A stretch of 40,664 nt of DNA, from positions 1 through 40,664 of the forward strand of contig LWCA01000203.1 of assembly GCA_001642005.1 (NCBI GenBank). Reading direction: 5' to 3'. The notes beneath the pieces are model-generated. The model made no database searches. It saw nothing but the letters and a program-made list of their open reading frames with translations, and was not told the DNA's origin. The stretch is from Intoshia linei (taxonomy: Eukaryota; Animalia; Orthonectida). Position numbers and translations under genes: made by a program. Shown one piece after another: positions 36,546 through 40,664 of the stretch (position 1 is the stretch's first letter; every line of letters starts with the position of its first letter).

Positions 36546-36690
36546 ATTTATTTTTACAATGTAATATGCAACTACTTGTTTCGTTTCAAAAAACAAAAGA
36601 TGCGAACGAAAGAATTATATAGATTTTCACCCATATTTCTTTATTAGAAATCTGTAGACATTGAATGCACATTCATATTATATATAGGTA

Positions 36691-37010
36691 CAGTGATCGC
36701 TTTCTAAATTAAACACTAACTGCAAAAAAATGGATGGTGTTCATATTTTAGATATTGAACACTGTTTTATGAAAAATTTATTAACAAATTGTAAACAAAT
36801 TTATAAGAAAAATCAAAATTTTAAAATAAATCAATTGTTTAAATTGAAAAACTCACATTTTTTATTAAATTTCTTAAATTATATAGAAAATTAATTAAAT
36901 TACAACAAATTTAGCAGAAAAATCACAATAAATTGTGTTCATGTTCAAGAGCGGGAATGTATATTTTTACCATGTATTTAGATACTGTTCAATTTAGGGA
37001 GCGACCACTG
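36691..37010. mobile_element. Tc1/mariner-type MITE (320 bp)
   Basis: TA|CAGTGATCGCTTTCTAAATTAAACA ... TGTTCAATTTAGGGAGCGACCACTG|TA (21/25 TIR). Confidence 0.85.
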
Positions 37011-38315
37011 TATTCATATTTTTTATCACGATTTTTAGGGTTGTAAGTTTAATTTGACTGTTTGTAAAATGATAAAATCATTGTTTAATAAATTAAAGTT
37101 ATTCATCGGAGGAGCTAGCTGATGTTTGTATGAAGTACATAACTAATAATAATAACAGTCAAGCTAGTTTATTCTAATTTTAATTCTAAAGCCTGACATA
37201 TTTATAAACTTTTAAAGAAACACAAAAAATTCGATATTTATAAAATAAGATTATAATAATGTTTTGCCATTGCAGAAAATCAATTAAAATTTAAGATTAA
37301 TTAAGATTTAATTTAAGATTTGAATTTAATTTAGCATTATAAAGAGGTAAGTAAGTTATTTAAATTATTTTAAGAGAATTGGGCTAATAAAAACCCACCT
37401 TCTTTACAATATTTCTTATAAAGATAATCTGAATTATTATTACTTTTTAACATCATTTTTCAGGTTCGTATATTCACAACGTATAATACTTTTATTAAAA
37501 CTTATTTGATTAAAATTTGAGAAATGATGTTATTTTATTGCATACAACAGTAATTTAGAAAAACGTCAAATTGAAAAATATCGCATTACATTTCACGAAA
37601 CCCCTGGGTTCCGCGGAACACGGGTTAAAAACCACTGATGTAATGTGACCGACACCATCATGCTCGGGTCTATACGAATATTAAAATAATAAAGTAATAA
37701 CGTTGTCCGTACATAATGTTCAAAATGTGACATAATTTATGAATATAATGTTTCATCCCATATCATAATAGATAACTTTTGTTAATAATTTCTTATTATT
37801 CACACAAAGTAATCAAAGTTTAATAACATATAATTAATTTTTTCTGAAAAGACATAAATTCAAGCACAAAAATAGCCGATTTATATAATTTTGTTTATTG
37901 TTTCAATGGATAATCAAAATGTTAATTGGTTAATTCTACACGTTAACGATCCATTCAAATATAGTGAATAATGTTTTCTGCTCCGGAGACATCACACTTT
38001 CAACTGAAATAATCAGACCCCATAAGTAAACCAAAAAGTTCATTTTTGTTGTCTAGTGTTATATAACTGAGATAATAAGAAATTAATTACTGTTTAATTA
38101 AATTAAGTAACGGATTCATTATATTGATTATATTAGTATTAAAAATCAAAAATAAAAATAAACACATTACTCCGTTTTAGTACATTATTATCACGATTGG
38201 TCTATTCATTGTTTTTCAAAAAATATGTTGCATTAGAACTGTTACACTCCAATTGTAACGTACGCCTTGAATTAGAATCATTTTAATTTAATATATTTCA
38301 GAAAAGTTTAAAATC

Positions 38316-39380
38316 ATGAACTCAAAAATTATTTCATATTTATTTTTTTTACTATCAGTTTACCACTTTGCAAAAGACTTAAAATTGACTGTAACAGATG
38401 AAGTCATTTTGGAATTTACTGTGACAAAGGAAGAGAAAACGGATTATAAAGCAACAGTTAAATTGGCACTATTTGGTGAAATTGCACCAATAACTGTATT
38501 AAACTATGTTTTATTGTGTGAAGGATATGAAAATCATAATGTAATTAATGTAACTTATTAATTAATTAATTGAAATTATACATATTTTTGTAGGATACTT
38601 TGTCTTACACCAATTCTACGGTACATAGAATTGTTCCTGATTTATTGATCCAATCTGGTGACGTAACAAATTATGATGGCTCTGGTAGCACCTCTGTCTA
38701 TGGAGGTGAATTTATTGATGAAACTTTTGATCTGAGTCATAAAACCGGTGTAGTCTCCATGGCGAATAGAGGAAAAGGTGAATAAATATTTTATGTTAAT
38801 GCATCGTGTTTTTTTTATTTGGAAGTATTTTAGATTCAAATGGATCTCAGTTCTTCATCACAACATCTCAAGCTAGATGGATGGATGGAAAACATGTTGT
38901 TTTTGGAAAGGTCATAGATGGAATGGTAATTTTTTTAGTTTTTTTATAAATACTGTTCTCAATTTACTTACAAAGCGAAAATGTGTCAATTCCAATGAGA
39001 TTCTATCACATTTAGTTCATAACAAAAAATGGAAAAATCTGATTTAACTGACATTTTGTGAAACGGTGTATGGCTCGTTTTCAATTTTTGATTAATCTGT
39101 GAAATTTTGAATATTCATGCTATAATTCATAGCATATTGAACTCTATCTGTTAACTCATTATAACTACAGTTTTGATTTTTAAGACTCCAAACTACATTG
39201 TCCAAGATAAATACTTTATGTAGTAAATATAAACCATTTATTAACATAAAAAATATTTAGAATCAAATAAAAAAGATAAATAATGAAAAGACTGATACTG
39301 ATACGCAAATTCCCATCAATGATATCAAAATATCAGCTTGTAGTCATACGCGAGTGATACCGCCTTATGACTTGAAATAA
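38316..39380 (+). CDS. Secretory-pathway cyclophilin (PPIB/PPIC-like peptidyl-prolyl isomerase), 4 exons
   Basis: Exons 38316-38540, 38594-38777, 38834-38925, 39261-39380. Signal peptide, then [70 protein letters not shown] at ~39399. Confidence 0.92.
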
Positions 39381-40094
39381 TATGAAAATTTATTGTGAAT
39401 AAAGTTTAATTTACATTTATTTATAAATTTATTACTACAGTCTGACCTCGGCAGTGGTCACCCTCGCTTTTTGGGGCATTCTTTCATAAGTAACGGCATT
39501 GTATCCATATCAACGTGTTATATACATAAGATGTTAATTTTTCGAATTTAAATATATTTTAGTTTATATTATAATATATAAATTATAATCAATGATTATA
39601 ATATGATTATTAATCATACTATATATTTAAATTATTAAATTTTAGATTATAAACTCATTTCCGTAGGGGAAAGTTGAAATAAAATTTTTATATAAAAATT
39701 TTTGAATTATACTGATTTCTGTATCAATTTAATCATTTTGTATACTAAAGTTCTTACAAAATCTGAAATTTTTGAAAATGTGAAACACCCCAATGTATAT
39801 ATCAATTATTATAATAATTATCAAGCTTTGTCTGCATCATCAAAATACATTTAATAAGTTTCAAATGATTAATATACAATACGTATATGTTCTAGACCAG
39901 TCGTGTCAAACTTGCGACCCTCCGCGACTTCGTATATTTATATAATATTTATACTATTAAATTTTCAAAAATGAATTTTTATCAACATTATCATACCTAA
40001 ACTGCGATAAAATTAAATTTACTGATATCAATGATAATATTAAAGGAATTCATAGATTGTCAATTCAAAAATGAATTAATAAATATTAAAAAAT

Positions 40095-40530
40095 GTACGT
40101 CTGTTTATTTATTTGTCTGTTACCATTTATTTAAGAAAGTAATATGCGTAAAGTCTTATTAACCCATGTGTAATACGTTTTTTCCAGGGTGATGTTTTAT
40201 CGCACATTTTATTTTCAAAAATTGAGTCCTTCAAGGTCAAAAACCCTTTGTTGGTTTGTTTAAAAATTCAAAGAGTCCTAAAATTATAAAAAATACGTAA
40301 TCTAATAAAGATTTTAAAAGATCAACATTATGATAAATTTAAATTTCAAAATCATATATCTTCACGGCAAAACCACAAATTACGCTTTTTTTTAAAAATA
40401 AAATACATCCTAGAATTTCATACAGTATAAATTGTGTGATAATTTTGAAACGGTTAACAAAGTTTTTTAGTTTCGTTGTTTAGTTTATTATTTTATTTAT
40501 ATTTGACAATTTTAATAAAAATATTTTAAA
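40095..40530 (+). mobile_element. Diverged Helitron-like family A copy (plus orientation)
   Basis: tttgtctgttaccatttattt...atatcttcacggcaaaaccacaaattac is the reverse complement of family A. Confidence 0.55.
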
Positions 40531-40547
40531 AAAATCAAAATTTGTTT

Positions 40548-40664
40548 CGTGTAGACGTACAATCTACATTTTTTTTGAAATTATAGGATCAATATTTTCA
40601 ATTTTAATCAAAACATTTGAAAAATATTGGTTGATAATATATTAAAAATTATTTTTCACCGGGA
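40548..40664 (-). mobile_element. Helitron-like family A fragment running off the window
   Basis: ttttttgaaatt...tttgaaaaatattggttgataatatattaaaaattatttttcaccggga matches ~9020-9111. Confidence 0.75.

Overview
Very AT-rich (roughly 25% GC by eye), intron-rich eukaryotic DNA with many 37-45 nt GT-AG introns. It is metazoan, and the composition and intron sizes recall a reduced parasite genome such as an orthonectid (inference only). I hand-spliced four recognisable genes: katanin p80 (KATNB1, +, 6703-12960); a BUB1/MadBub checkpoint kinase (-, 20759-13007) whose stop lies 46 bp from the KATNB1 stop; a TDRD12/Yb-family Tudor plus degenerate DEAD-box piRNA factor (-, 31038-24726) with one 4.3-kb exon; and a secretory cyclophilin (+, 38316-39380). 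Two orphan genes are also present. The rest is a dense set of transposon relics: a Gypsy integrase with a 107-bp LTR, a solo LTR with a 5-bp TSD, a multi-copy non-autonomous Helitron family, hAT/Merlin/pogo/MULE fragments, and piggyBac, Tc1 and hAT MITEs. I found no wholly new system. The most interesting signals are selective erosion of spindle-checkpoint motifs in the MadBub protein, an apparent helix deletion in katanin p80, a pseudo-helicase TDRD12 with an extra helical domain and a Vasa-like tail, and a WRKY/MULE-type zinc-finger ORF preceded by a TTGACA cluster. All gene models are manual and lack transcript support.
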